Shown here in pieces: positions 8,778 to 16,661 of a stretch of DNA of 29,293 nt. The notes under the pieces are model-generated. The model was not told the DNA's origin, searched no databases, and saw only the letters and a list, made by a program, of their open reading frames with translations. The first letter of the stretch is position 1. Each line of letters opens with the position of its first letter. Source of the DNA: a virus (taxonomy: Duplodnaviria; Caudoviricetes); the IMG/VR virus record IMGVR_UViG_3300044580_000446, positions 1 through 29,293 of that record. The stretch is one strand, 5' to 3'. The translations under genes were made by a program, and so were the position numbers.

Positions 8778-10408
8778 TCCTGTAAAAATAATGCCTTATA
8801 TATTTCTTCCAATACATTGACAACTATCCCGTTGCCTGCCTGGCGATACTGCTGCGTATTGCTTATACCGGCATTTTGGATTCTGTCTATCTGATCGTCT
8901 TTCCAACCCATCAGCCTCAGGCACTCCCTGGGCGTGAGTTTCCTAATCCGAACATTTTCTGTAATCACAGCATTTCCATCGCCGGTAGTAAGTGTATGCG
9001 CTAAGCCTTTGCCTACTCTACCGCGTTTCGTATTAGAGTTTGGATATGTGATATTAACATAATCCCCCTCTCCCGCTTCATCATAGCCTTTTTTATTTGC
9101 AACTTTTATTTTTAGATATGACTGCTGAGTCTGTCCTGCATTTGCTTGAAGCGCCGGACATATTTCTGTTTCTCTTCGTTTCCGTGTTGCTGTCCCATCG
9201 GCAGCCTTATGCTCCCAATTATTAGGGGCAAGCAATGTTACATCTTTTGTCTCAAGCTTTAGTACGGCGGAACTGCCGGAGGCTGCATTGCACTGTGTCG
9301 TAATCGTCGGAGCTATATCCTTTATTTCCTGGCTGTTGTACGCCACAAACATCTCGGGGATATATCCTTTCTTTTCAATGAACTTACCATATTTTCGGCT
9401 TACGAAGTTTCCATCAATTAGAAGGTTGTCCTTCTGCACGGTTGTTATGGCGTTTGATGTGCCCTTTGTGTTTTCTTCAAAGCGTTGGACGATTTTTCCG
9501 CCCGGCGTTCTGTCAGAAGGATTGTCAGGATTTCGTCCTCTCATTGCCACTATTTTAAGCTCCGTATTCCCTCCGCCCTGGCAATGCACTGTCGGTGATA
9601 TGCCGTCCGGAGAGAACACTCTCTTGCTCATCTTGTAAACCTTGTCCCATTTACCGCCGACCAGGTCTCCCACCATTACGCATTGCGGCTCGTGAAAGTC
9701 TCTTTGTCTAAGGCATGCGGCTACACCTTCGGCGTCCCTTATGCTGTCCCGCCTTGAGTGGTATGTGGAAGCAAGAATGCTTTTTATCGTGCTTTCCCTA
9801 AGGTAGTATTTTTCTTCAACCATTTGGTCTATCATATCTTTCAGCCTCAGGGTAAGCTCTTTCTTTTTAGGGAACAAATACGGCTTATGCTCTCCAAGTA
9901 TCGATACAACGAAAACACGCTCACGGTTCTGCGGGATGCCGTAATCTTTAGCGTTCAATACCTGCCAGTAGTTTGCGTATCCGAGCGATGACAAATAAGA
10001 AAGCCAACTGTCAAAGTCGGCTTTGAATTTCTTGGATACCAGGTTTTTAACGTTCTCAAGGAGCAGGTACTTTGGGAGAATATTCTCTTCCTTTGCGATA
10101 TTCAGCAGCCGCTCTACTTCCCACAAAAGCCCCGAACGCGTCCCGCTGTCTTTTGAAAGACCTTTACCCTTTCCCGCAACGGATATGTCCTGACATGGAA
10201 AGGAATATGTCCATAGATCGGCTTCCGGCAGCCTCGATATCTTTGTTATATCGCCCAAGTTATTTACAGCTCCGTGCAATGCCTCGTAACTTTTTATCGC
10301 GTACTTATCGATTTCCGATATTGCCGTTACCTCATGCTCTACCCCTATATTCTTAAGAGCTTGAGACTGGCTGCCTATCCCGGCAAATAAATCTACAATC
10401 TTTAACAT
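8774..10408 (-). CDS. C5-cytosine DNA methyltransferase with a long variable region (probably multispecific)
   Basis: LFAGIG, FPCQD, ENV, PQNRER, RKLTPRECLRLMG, QAGNGI; long insert between motifs VIII and IX. Confidence 0.95.
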   Translation of the reverse strand: MLKIVDLFAGIGSQSQALKNIGVEHEVTAISEIDKYAIKSYEALHGAVNNLGDITKISRLPEADLWTYSFPCQDISVAGKGKGLSKDSGTRSGLLWEVERLLNIAKEENILPKYLLLENVKNLVSKKFKADFDSWLSYLSSLGYANYWQVLNAKDYGIPQNRERVFVVSILGEHKPYLFPKKKELTLRLKDMIDQMVEEKYYLRESTIKSILASTYHSRRDSIRDAEGVAACLRQRDFHEPQCVMVGDLVGGKWDKVYKMSKRVFSPDGISPTVHCQGGGNTELKIVAMRGRNPDNPSDRTPGGKIVQRFEENTKGTSNAITTVQKDNLLIDGNFVSRKYGKFIEKKGYIPEMFVAYNSQEIKDIAPTITTQCNAASGSSAVLKLETKDVTLLAPNNWEHKAADGTATRKRRETEICPALQANAGQTQQSYLKIKVANKKGYDEAGEGDYVNITYPNSNTKRGRVGKGLAHTLTTGDGNAVITENVRIRKLTPRECLRLMGWKDDQIDRIQNAGISNTQQYRQAGNGIVVNVLEEIYKALFLQE

Positions 10409-10429
10409 CTCCCTCCCAAAATGGGCAAC

Positions 10430-10451
10430 AAAAAAGGAGCGTTTCCGCTCC
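10430..10451 (-). terminator. Intrinsic terminator after terS
   Basis: GGAGCG-N4-CGCTCC followed by T6 on the minus strand. Confidence 0.7.
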
Positions 10452-10473
10452 CGTATTGCCCTATAATATGTTT

Positions 10474-11037
10474 TTAATCCTTGCCTTTCAGCAGTTTTGC
10501 CATTACATCGTCCGCCGGGTTATGGTCGCCAACCGCAACGCTGCTGTTTTCCTTGACTATCTGAAATATCTGTCCCCAGATGATATTCGCCTGCTTTAAA
10601 AAATTTAATCCCATCGAGACATAAGGACTTGCAATCGGAGAGCCCGTTGTCGGATGCTTTGCCAGCAGTCCGAAAGAATTTATTCCCTCTTCGCACTGCA
10701 CCCATCTGGCTATGTATAGGGCATACTGTTCTATGAGTTCAACCTTTACAAACTGTTCGCAGCCCCTTTCCTTTAACCACTGCCAGGTTTTTTCATAGAT
10801 TTCCGGCGCAATGTTCTCGTTGGTATTCTTGGTCATTTTCTTAAGATACTCGGATACCGGCGGCATATCGTTGCCGGATATGTCAGGACAATTCTCTTTT
10901 GACAATTCCTTTTTCTTTTTCGGTTCTTTAAGTTTCGTTATTTTATGGTTTCCGTTTCCGGCGTATAAAATCTTTTCCGCAAGCGCCTTGCGTTTTCTTC
11001 CGGAACCTGGCCTTGCGCCGCCGTGACCGTTACTCAT
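10474..11037 (-). CDS. terS: Terminase small subunit (P27-like)
   Basis: GGARPGSGRK N-terminus, LIEQYA...RWVQCEE...GLLAKHPTTG.PIASPYV, DDVMAKLL; first gene after the cos-like region. Confidence 0.85.
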   Translation of the reverse strand: MSNGHGGARPGSGRKRKALAEKILYAGNGNHKITKLKEPKKKKELSKENCPDISGNDMPPVSEYLKKMTKNTNENIAPEIYEKTWQWLKERGCEQFVKVELIEQYALYIARWVQCEEGINSFGLLAKHPTTGSPIASPYVSMGLNFLKQANIIWGQIFQIVKENSSVAVGDHNPADDVMAKLLKGKD

Positions 11038-11195
11038 ATCTCATTGCTCCTTTGATTTCAAGTTTTATTCTGTTTTCCCTTCCTTTTTTCAAGTTTGAAC
11101 TAATCCAAACTTGAATTTTTTTATTTTTTGACAACAAAAAAACCGCTGTTACACGGTTTTTTGACTTTTTTTTTGATTTTTTGCCGAGGGTTAAT

Positions 11196-11277
11196 ACCCC
11201 TCTTGAAAAATGGGGGATTTTGCGTGCGGCTGCCCGCCCGCTGTTTAGGGCAAAAGTTGTAGAGATATGACCGCCCC
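11196..11277 (-). other. Probable cos / packaging initiation region
   Basis: GC-rich block GGGGCGGTCATATCTCTA...GCGGGCGGGCAGCCGCACGCAAAA...GAGGGG in non-coding AT-rich DNA between the packaging HNH and terS, the usual cos position in HNH-assisted cos phages. The exact cut site cannot be determined. Confidence 0.6.
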
Positions 11278-11341
11278 TTTGGTCATAAAAATTCAACAGT
11301 ATTTAACGCTTTGTATAAAGAAATATTAATCTATGAAAGAA

Positions 11342-11713
11342 TTAATAATTGTCTTTTTCTTCAATATCTTTAGCTTTCTTTTTCGCATAATTTGACAAAA
11401 CAACGATAAGTGTAATACCAATTAAACAGGCTAAGCCTCCTAACAGACCTTTCACTAATTCTTCAGGATATACTGCATTTATAACTACTGGTAAACTAAT
11501 TAATAATATAAAAACACCAAGACCAATACCTAATCCAATTCTTACAGCTAAATTACGCAATCTATCCTTTTCAGAATCACTATAAAAAACTGTCGGTAAA
11601 AGCAAGATCCAACTAATAAATGGACCTATACCAAATATACTAGCCAAAATAAGATTGCTTATAAACACCTGTTTCCTTGTTGAATTGTCTTTTCGAATTG
11701 TCCATCTCGACAT
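11342..11713 (-). CDS. Hypothetical membrane protein (about 3 TM segments), AT-rich moron
   Basis: Long hydrophobic stretches, GGGGG RBS, composition differs from flanking phage genes. Confidence 0.75.
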   Translation of the reverse strand: MSRWTIRKDNSTRKQVFISNLILASIFGIGPFISWILLLPTVFYSDSEKDRLRNLAVRIGLGIGLGVFILLISLPVVINAVYPEELVKGLLGGLACLIGITLIVVLSNYAKKKAKDIEEKDNY

Positions 11714-11788
11714 ATAAATTCCCCCTTTTTCTTTTTATAATAATTGATTAATTATACTCTATTATTTGTTTTCTATTAAATAAACATT

Positions 11789-12373
11789 CTATTTTAGATT
11801 ATTATTCTTGCTAATTGTTTTTTCAAGATATAATTCTTTTATCAAAGCAAAGTATATTCCTGAAATCCCCGTTATCAAATAATAGATAAAACTACTTTGC
11901 AAGCTGATCAAAATGCTATAAATAGGTATACACAAAAAAATCCAATTCATGATTGAGTAAAAATATCGAGGATTACTCTTTAAATCTTTATTCAAATCCT
12001 CACTATCAAAAATTGATTTAAAATAATAATGAAATATTATATATAATTGAAATATTATTATAAAAATAATTATCAATAACGGGAAAAAAGCATTTTTAAA
12101 TTTATAAAATAATGCAAATAAAATTTCTAATACAAGCAATCCATACACATCTATAAAAAACATTTTACTATTTTTATCAAATAAAATGCTTTTACTAAAG
12201 CCGAAAGATATGGCCAAAACTGTCATTGCTACACCAACAAGACATAATAAAATATTTAATAAAGTATCTAAATCAGCATCTTTTACTTCTAATGAAATAT
12301 CTATGAGAGGCAGTAATAAAAACGCTACAGTTGGAATAGTAATAAATAAAAAAAATTTCCATCTATTATTCAC
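11789..12373 (-). CDS. Hypothetical polytopic membrane protein (about 6 TM segments), very AT-rich moron
   Basis: Multiple hydrophobic segments; has its own consensus promoter. Confidence 0.75.
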   Translation of the reverse strand: MNNRWKFFLFITIPTVAFLLLPLIDISLEVKDADLDTLLNILLCLVGVAMTVLAISFGFSKSILFDKNSKMFFIDVYGLLVLEILFALFYKFKNAFFPLLIIIFIIIFQLYIIFHYYFKSIFDSEDLNKDLKSNPRYFYSIMNWIFLCIPIYSILISLQSSFIYYLITGISGIYFALIKELYLEKTISKNNNLK

Positions 12374-12402
12374 AATAATAATCCTACAAGTGTTTTATTA
12401 AA

Positions 12403-12431
12403 ATTATATATAGTTATTTTTTAATTGTCAA
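12403..12431 (-). promoter_or_regulatory. Consensus sigma-A promoter for the membrane-protein moron
   Basis: TTGACA (12426-12431) -17 bp- TATAAT (12403-12408); the -35 overlaps the HNH stop codon. Confidence 0.8.
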
Positions 12432-12796
12432 TCTTTATTTTTCCACCTACTCCCTTCTTTTGCCGACTTTCTGCTATGGCAACTCCAACATAGCGATTGA
12501 AGATTGTTAGATGAAAACTTATCGCCGCCTTTTTTTATTGGTATTATATGGTCAACCATTTCAGCCTTTATAAATTTACCGTGTTTTAGGCATTCTTCAC
12601 ATAACGGCTGAATAGTAAGCTGATTTTTTCTTACTATCTTCCATTCACGGGTTTTATAAAAACTTTTAGAGAAATCATCTCTTTCATAACGGTTGTATTC
12701 CTTATCCCGTAGCTTTTTATGTTCCTCGCAATAGTTAGCGTCACCAAGCGCGGCGCATCCGGGATAACTGCAGGGTCTTTTGGGTTTATACGGCAT
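12428..12796 (-). CDS. Packaging-associated HNH endonuclease (HK97 gp74-like role)
   Basis: MPYKPKRPC..PGC, YCEEH, PLCEEC, VDHIIP, NLQSLCWSCH; start ATG 12796 with GAGGAG RBS. Confidence 0.92.
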   Translation of the reverse strand: MPYKPKRPCSYPGCAALGDANYCEEHKKLRDKEYNRYERDDFSKSFYKTREWKIVRKNQLTIQPLCEECLKHGKFIKAEMVDHIIPIKKGGDKFSSNNLQSLCWSCHSRKSAKEGSRWKNKD

Positions 12797-12821
12797 AACA
12801 ATCTCCTCCTCGTTTAACGGC

Positions 12822-12850
12822 AAAAGAAAAGGGACAGCTGCTCCCGCCCC
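12822..12850 (-). terminator. Terminator-like hairpin in the late-operon leader
   Basis: GGGGCGG-GAGCAG-CTGTCCC followed by TTTTCTTTT. Confidence 0.6.
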
Positions 12851-12938
12851 TGTGTGTACGCTTTTACCAGCGCTTATTATTATTCTATGAGCCGTCCTGC
12901 CCCTTTCAAATGCCTCGGGAATTGTTCCCCTCAATATT

Positions 12939-12947
12939 ATTATACCA
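12939..12947 (-). promoter_or_regulatory. Late promoter extended -10 (TGGTATAAT) with no canonical -35
   Basis: TGn-TATAAT directly downstream of the tandem repeats and the activator gene. Confidence 0.7.
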
Positions 12948-12950
12948 CGG

Positions 12951-13000
12951 GTTTCGTTCAGTTTCGTTCAGTTTCGTTCGAAATCGTTCGAAATCGTACG
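12951..13000. repeat. Five tandem 10-bp repeats (gtttcgttca x2, gtttcgttcg, aaatcgttcg, aaatcgtacg)
   Basis: Read directly from the sequence. Confidence 0.95.
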
Positions 13001-13005
13001 GAATT

Positions 13006-13290
13006 TTAATCAGACATTATCTTGCAGAGGTTATTACATATAGTTCCTACCCTGTAATGCAATCCTGATTTTGCATAACCTATTTTTCTAGCTACCTTTG
13101 CATACGACTGCCTTTCCATAAACACTAATGTCACAATCTGGTAGTCAATCTCCGGGAGTACGCTTATGCTTTTTTCTAACATTTCCACACTTCGGCAGAT
13201 ATCGCTTGTAGCCAACCCACTCTCTATTTTTCCTTTTAATGTTTGATAGTCTTTCAATAATTGCCGAATCTTCTCCGCTGTATATTGCAC
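13006..13290 (-). CDS. Putative late transcriptional activator (RinA/ArpU-like, sigma region 4-type HTH)
   Basis: SISVLPEIDYQIVTLVF...SYAKVARKIGY; last gene of the replication module; GGAGGT RBS and GTG start. Confidence 0.75.
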   Translation of the reverse strand: MQYTAEKIRQLLKDYQTLKGKIESGLATSDICRSVEMLEKSISVLPEIDYQIVTLVFMERQSYAKVARKIGYAKSGLHYRVGTICNNLCKIMSD

Positions 13291-13747
13291 TTAGCACCTC
13301 CTTCGGAAGACCACTCAAAGTGAATGACGGCATTCCACTCCCTATTAGTCCCCTTTTTAAATTTTCCCTGTATTCCAACACCCAATCGTTTTGCGGCAAC
13401 TCCCGAATACCGCTGTTTAGCCAAATCCTGATACTACCGTCATCTTCCAAGTCATGGTCCCATTCTTTTTCCAAGCATACGCCTTTAAGATACCACATCT
13501 GCATCGTTCCGAATTTTTCGCCTTTATAGAAAAACAGCATCATCATTTCTTCTGAAACTTCGTCATAATACTTGGCGCGGAAATAATAATCGGAAAGCAA
13601 CCTGCCGGATTTTTGCATGTAGTTTATGTACTGTTCTGATTCGCCTTTAATGTCAAGTTTCGGCATTTTTAAGCAAATAATCTCCTCGTAATCGAATGCC
13701 GCCTCTTCCGTTATAACTACTTTGTTGATTATCATTCCCGCTGTCAT
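13145..13747 (-). CDS. Hypothetical protein
   Basis: 200-codon ORF in operon context after VRR-NUC; its 3' end overlaps the next gene by 146 nt. Confidence 0.7.
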   Translation of the reverse strand: MTAGMIINKVVITEEAAFDYEEIICLKMPKLDIKGESEQYINYMQKSGRLLSDYYFRAKYYDEVSEEMMMLFFYKGEKFGTMQMWYLKGVCLEKEWDHDLEDDGSIRIWLNSGIRELPQNDWVLEYRENLKRGLIGSGMPSFTLSGLPKEVLSAIYSGEDSAIIERLSNIKRKNREWVGYKRYLPKCGNVRKKHKRTPGD

Positions 13748-13750
13748 TTG

Positions 13751-14038
13751 TTACTCCCTGCTTAACGCACCAATAATTTTTTTCACCTCGTCAACAGACT
13801 TGACAACCAGCGCTGCCCCACCGGCATTTCTTATCTTCCGCAATGTAATCTCCTGAAGCACGGAAACCTTACCATTTTCGGTTTTTACCTCTAAAGCAAC
13901 AAACTTTCCCCTGTAACAGATGATTATATCGGGTATTCCCGCCGTGCCGAACTGTCCTCCGTGTTCCTTCCAACAAAACAGTTCCGGTACTGCCTTTAAA
14001 TACTGCATGATTTTGTTTACTAAATCTTTTTCTCTCAT
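13751..14038 (-). CDS. VRR-NUC domain nuclease
   Basis: MREKDL...AGIPDII...FVALEVK...S.LQ...I.NAGG...VV.SVDEV. Confidence 0.93.
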   Translation of the reverse strand: MREKDLVNKIMQYLKAVPELFCWKEHGGQFGTAGIPDIIICYRGKFVALEVKTENGKVSVLQEITLRKIRNAGGAALVVKSVDEVKKIIGALSRE

Positions 14039-14061
14039 TTTTTTCCTTTATTAAAAGTAAC

Positions 14062-14175
14062 TGTCGTATATGTCGATATGTCGAAATAGACATATCCGAC
14101 ATAATCGACATTAGGGCTTCTTGGTAAATATATAATTTTTATATTTTTATTGTCGACGTTTCGACATATACGACA
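14062..14175. repeat. Iteron-like TGTCG/CGACA repeat cluster with a perfect 15-bp inverted repeat; probable replication origin
   Basis: tgtcgtatatgtcga (14062-14076) and tcgacatatacgaca (14161-14175) flank further copies and an AT-rich core; directly downstream of the primase-helicase gene. Confidence 0.75.
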
Positions 14176-14199
14176 TATAGTTTTATATATAAGTATCGA

Positions 14200-16167
14200 T
14201 TAATCGTTATAAATTGATTTTTGATATGCTGAAATATAGGGAGATTTTTTTATAAAGGTATGCTCTCTTTTTTTGCTTCTTGAAACTTTGTGTTCAATTC
14301 CGTCGCAATACAGACGATACTCATATTTAGAAATAATTTTCCCTACTAAATTGGTAGTATCGGCATTCTGCTGACCGGTAATGTCAAATGCCGCTTTCAT
14401 AAGGTCTTGAGCCGAGCCGCACCAACCGGATATGGGATTTCTTTTTACGAGTTCTTTTATAGTCCTTATGTAGATATTTGTCTCATATTCCTCCCTTTCC
14501 CTGCGCTCCTCAATCTCTTTCTCCGTACCTTCAACTTCCCAGATATAATCAACCTTATTAAAATGTATTACAAGATTATCCTGCTGAATGTCACGCCCTA
14601 TCATCTGTAGCTGCGCGCTTTCGTCAGAGCGTTTTTTCTTGTAAATAATAAATATTGAATCAGCCGCTCCCATCAGCGCCGTGCTTCCGCTTATCATATT
14701 GAAGACGTCCGATTCATCCGCCATTTTCCTTAAATGGTGAACCAATAACAGGCAGATTTTGTTCTTATCGGCAAAGTCTTTGAGACCGCCCATCTCCCTG
14801 TAATCCGTGCTGTAAAGCGATTCATTTTTTATTGCCTTGTCCCTTACCTTTTGAAAGGTGTCTATTACTACAAGCTTTATATCGGGATAACGTTTAAGTT
14901 CTTCGCTTATTTTATCTAGGAGTCCGGTGTTAATAGAGTCGGCTTTTATCGCAAAATGAAGGTTTTTCGATGCGGGTTTGCCTTTAAGAATTTTATTCAT
15001 ACGGTCTTTGAGCCTTGCCTTGCTGTCCTCAAGCGCGTAATACAGACAGGCGTGTTTGTTTGTTTCAAAATTTAGAAATCTTTCCTCAGCTGTTATGTTT
15101 AAACACAGTTGCAGAACCATCCAGGACTTTCCTATCTTTGACGGGGCGCACAACAACGCAAGACCGGTCGGCAAAATATCTTTCACTATCCAATCAGGAG
15201 GATCGATTTTTTCATTCTGAAGTTCCGCCGCATCAAAGCTATCCTTTGCCGTTAGATATTTTTTCTTCGCAGATTCTTTTGCATTGACTATATTTTCAAT
15301 AAGTCTTGCGGGGTCGGCAACAAGCAATTCGTTTGGATCTTTGAAACTATCCGCAATATTAAAAATGTCAAACTTAATATTGTTTTCAAACAACAGGTTG
15401 GCAAGTTCCTGCGATGCTTTCCGCCCCGGCTCATCGTTGTCGAAACAGAGTATCAGCGTCTTATTAAATTTTTTTCTCGTTACTTCTGCTAGCAGTTTGC
15501 TTATTCCCGTCCCGCAAAGAGCCACTGCCTGTCCGCCGCACTGAGCTATGCTCATCGCGCATATGGGACTTTCAACCACAAAGACGGGTTCTCTGCCGCT
15601 TGCAGACAAGACTTCCTTATTATAAATCGGCTCGGGCCCCGCTTCTTCCGTTTTTGGTTTAAAGAACTTTTTATCAATGACGCTCCTGCTCTGGTAATAT
15701 TGAAGCTTTGAACTGTAGGGTATAACAACGCATTGGCGGCTTGTATCATAGCCTAAGAAAAACCTCTTTATTGTATCGTCGGTCAGGCCGCGCTTTTTAA
15801 AATAGTCGATTTTAGCGATGTTTCTGATACAATCCGTTAAATATTTTTTGATGTCAGTTTTATGTAGCTTTGCTTTGATGGGTTTTTCATCATAAGGAAT
15901 ATTAAACTCATCTGCTATAATCTTTGCCGCTTCCAAGGCTTCCACTCCTTTCATCCTTGCGACAAACTCTATGGCATCGCCGCCTGTCGAACACCCGAAG
16001 CAGTGCCAGATTCCTTCGCTTTCCTTGACTGAGAATGACGGCGTTTTTTCGGTGTGGAACGGACAGCATGCCATATTGCGGCTGTTCAGTTTTATTCCGG
16101 CAAAACGCTCCACTACATCAGAAATGCTTGCCGATGCTTTTACTTTTTCAAAAATACTTTCCGCCAT
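14200..16167 (-). CDS. Primase-helicase fusion (CHC2 Zn finger, TOPRIM, RecA-like AAA_25 helicase)
   Basis: CPFHTEKTPSF...WHCFGC; VVESPICA, CFDNDEPG, KDPNE; APSKIGKS, YALED, VVIDT, LLVHHLRK. Confidence 0.93.
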   Translation of the reverse strand: MAESIFEKVKASASISDVVERFAGIKLNSRNMACCPFHTEKTPSFSVKESEGIWHCFGCSTGGDAIEFVARMKGVEALEAAKIIADEFNIPYDEKPIKAKLHKTDIKKYLTDCIRNIAKIDYFKKRGLTDDTIKRFFLGYDTSRQCVVIPYSSKLQYYQSRSVIDKKFFKPKTEEAGPEPIYNKEVLSASGREPVFVVESPICAMSIAQCGGQAVALCGTGISKLLAEVTRKKFNKTLILCFDNDEPGRKASQELANLLFENNIKFDIFNIADSFKDPNELLVADPARLIENIVNAKESAKKKYLTAKDSFDAAELQNEKIDPPDWIVKDILPTGLALLCAPSKIGKSWMVLQLCLNITAEERFLNFETNKHACLYYALEDSKARLKDRMNKILKGKPASKNLHFAIKADSINTGLLDKISEELKRYPDIKLVVIDTFQKVRDKAIKNESLYSTDYREMGGLKDFADKNKICLLLVHHLRKMADESDVFNMISGSTALMGAADSIFIIYKKKRSDESAQLQMIGRDIQQDNLVIHFNKVDYIWEVEGTEKEIEERREREEYETNIYIRTIKELVKRNPISGWCGSAQDLMKAAFDITGQQNADTTNLVGKIISKYEYRLYCDGIEHKVSRSKKREHTFIKKSPYISAYQKSIYND

Positions 16168-16179
16168 GCTCAATCCCCC

Positions 16180-16593
16180 TTACAGTTCTTCCATCTTCTC
16201 ATCAAAGTATCTGACGGGAATTTTAAGATCCTTTGCCAGCTCTATTTCCGCCTGCATCCCCTTGCTTATCGTCTGTCCGAAAACCCATAATTCCCGGCAT
16301 TGCCAAAGTTGTTCCAATCCGTATCTCAACCCTGCCGCTCTTTCATTTTTGTTTGTGTCATCCAAAAACTGCGGAAAGTAGATATGCGGAGCCACCGGCA
16401 CAAACCCCTCCTCATAAGCAAAGCGGCAATACAGCCTTGCTTTCATCATGTTCTTTTCAATGTTGCCTTTTAGCGGGGAACATATGTAAACCCTCTTTGT
16501 CGGCGCTTTGCCCTTCGTCTGCGTCAGCCTGTCGTATAATTTCTCTTCCGTCTGCGTATTCGGCAGCTGCGGTTTTAAAGTCGTATTATCCAT
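16180..16593 (-). CDS. DUF4406-like / nucleoside deoxyribosyltransferase-fold phage protein
   Basis: VYICSP, PVAPH..FPQFLDD, C.ELWVFG..IS.GM..EI..A; start ATG 16593 with GGAGG RBS. Confidence 0.8.
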   Translation of the reverse strand: MDNTTLKPQLPNTQTEEKLYDRLTQTKGKAPTKRVYICSPLKGNIEKNMMKARLYCRFAYEEGFVPVAPHIYFPQFLDDTNKNERAAGLRYGLEQLWQCRELWVFGQTISKGMQAEIELAKDLKIPVRYFDEKMEEL

Positions 16594-16661
16594 GATTCCT
16601 CCGTCTATCCCGCGCCTCCAGGCAACGGCGCCACCCGCCGCCCGGAGTAACGGCATATCAA

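Noticed and set aside
11030-11296. 88-aa ORF across the cos-like region
   Set aside because: Low-complexity translation of A/T tracts and no RBS; better explained as cis-acting packaging DNA.
12900-12925. Resemblance of TTCCCGA...GAAAGGGG to an SMK (SAM-III) riboswitch upstream of a metK-containing operon
   Set aside because: The intervening helices are absent and the GGGG is not the RBS of an adjacent gene; an Rfam scan would settle it.
12951-13000. Possible CRISPR array
   Set aside because: 10-bp units with no spacers and no cas genes.
13869-14111. 80-aa ORF starting in the iteron cluster
   Set aside because: It translates the origin repeats and overlaps VRR-NUC out of frame; no RBS.
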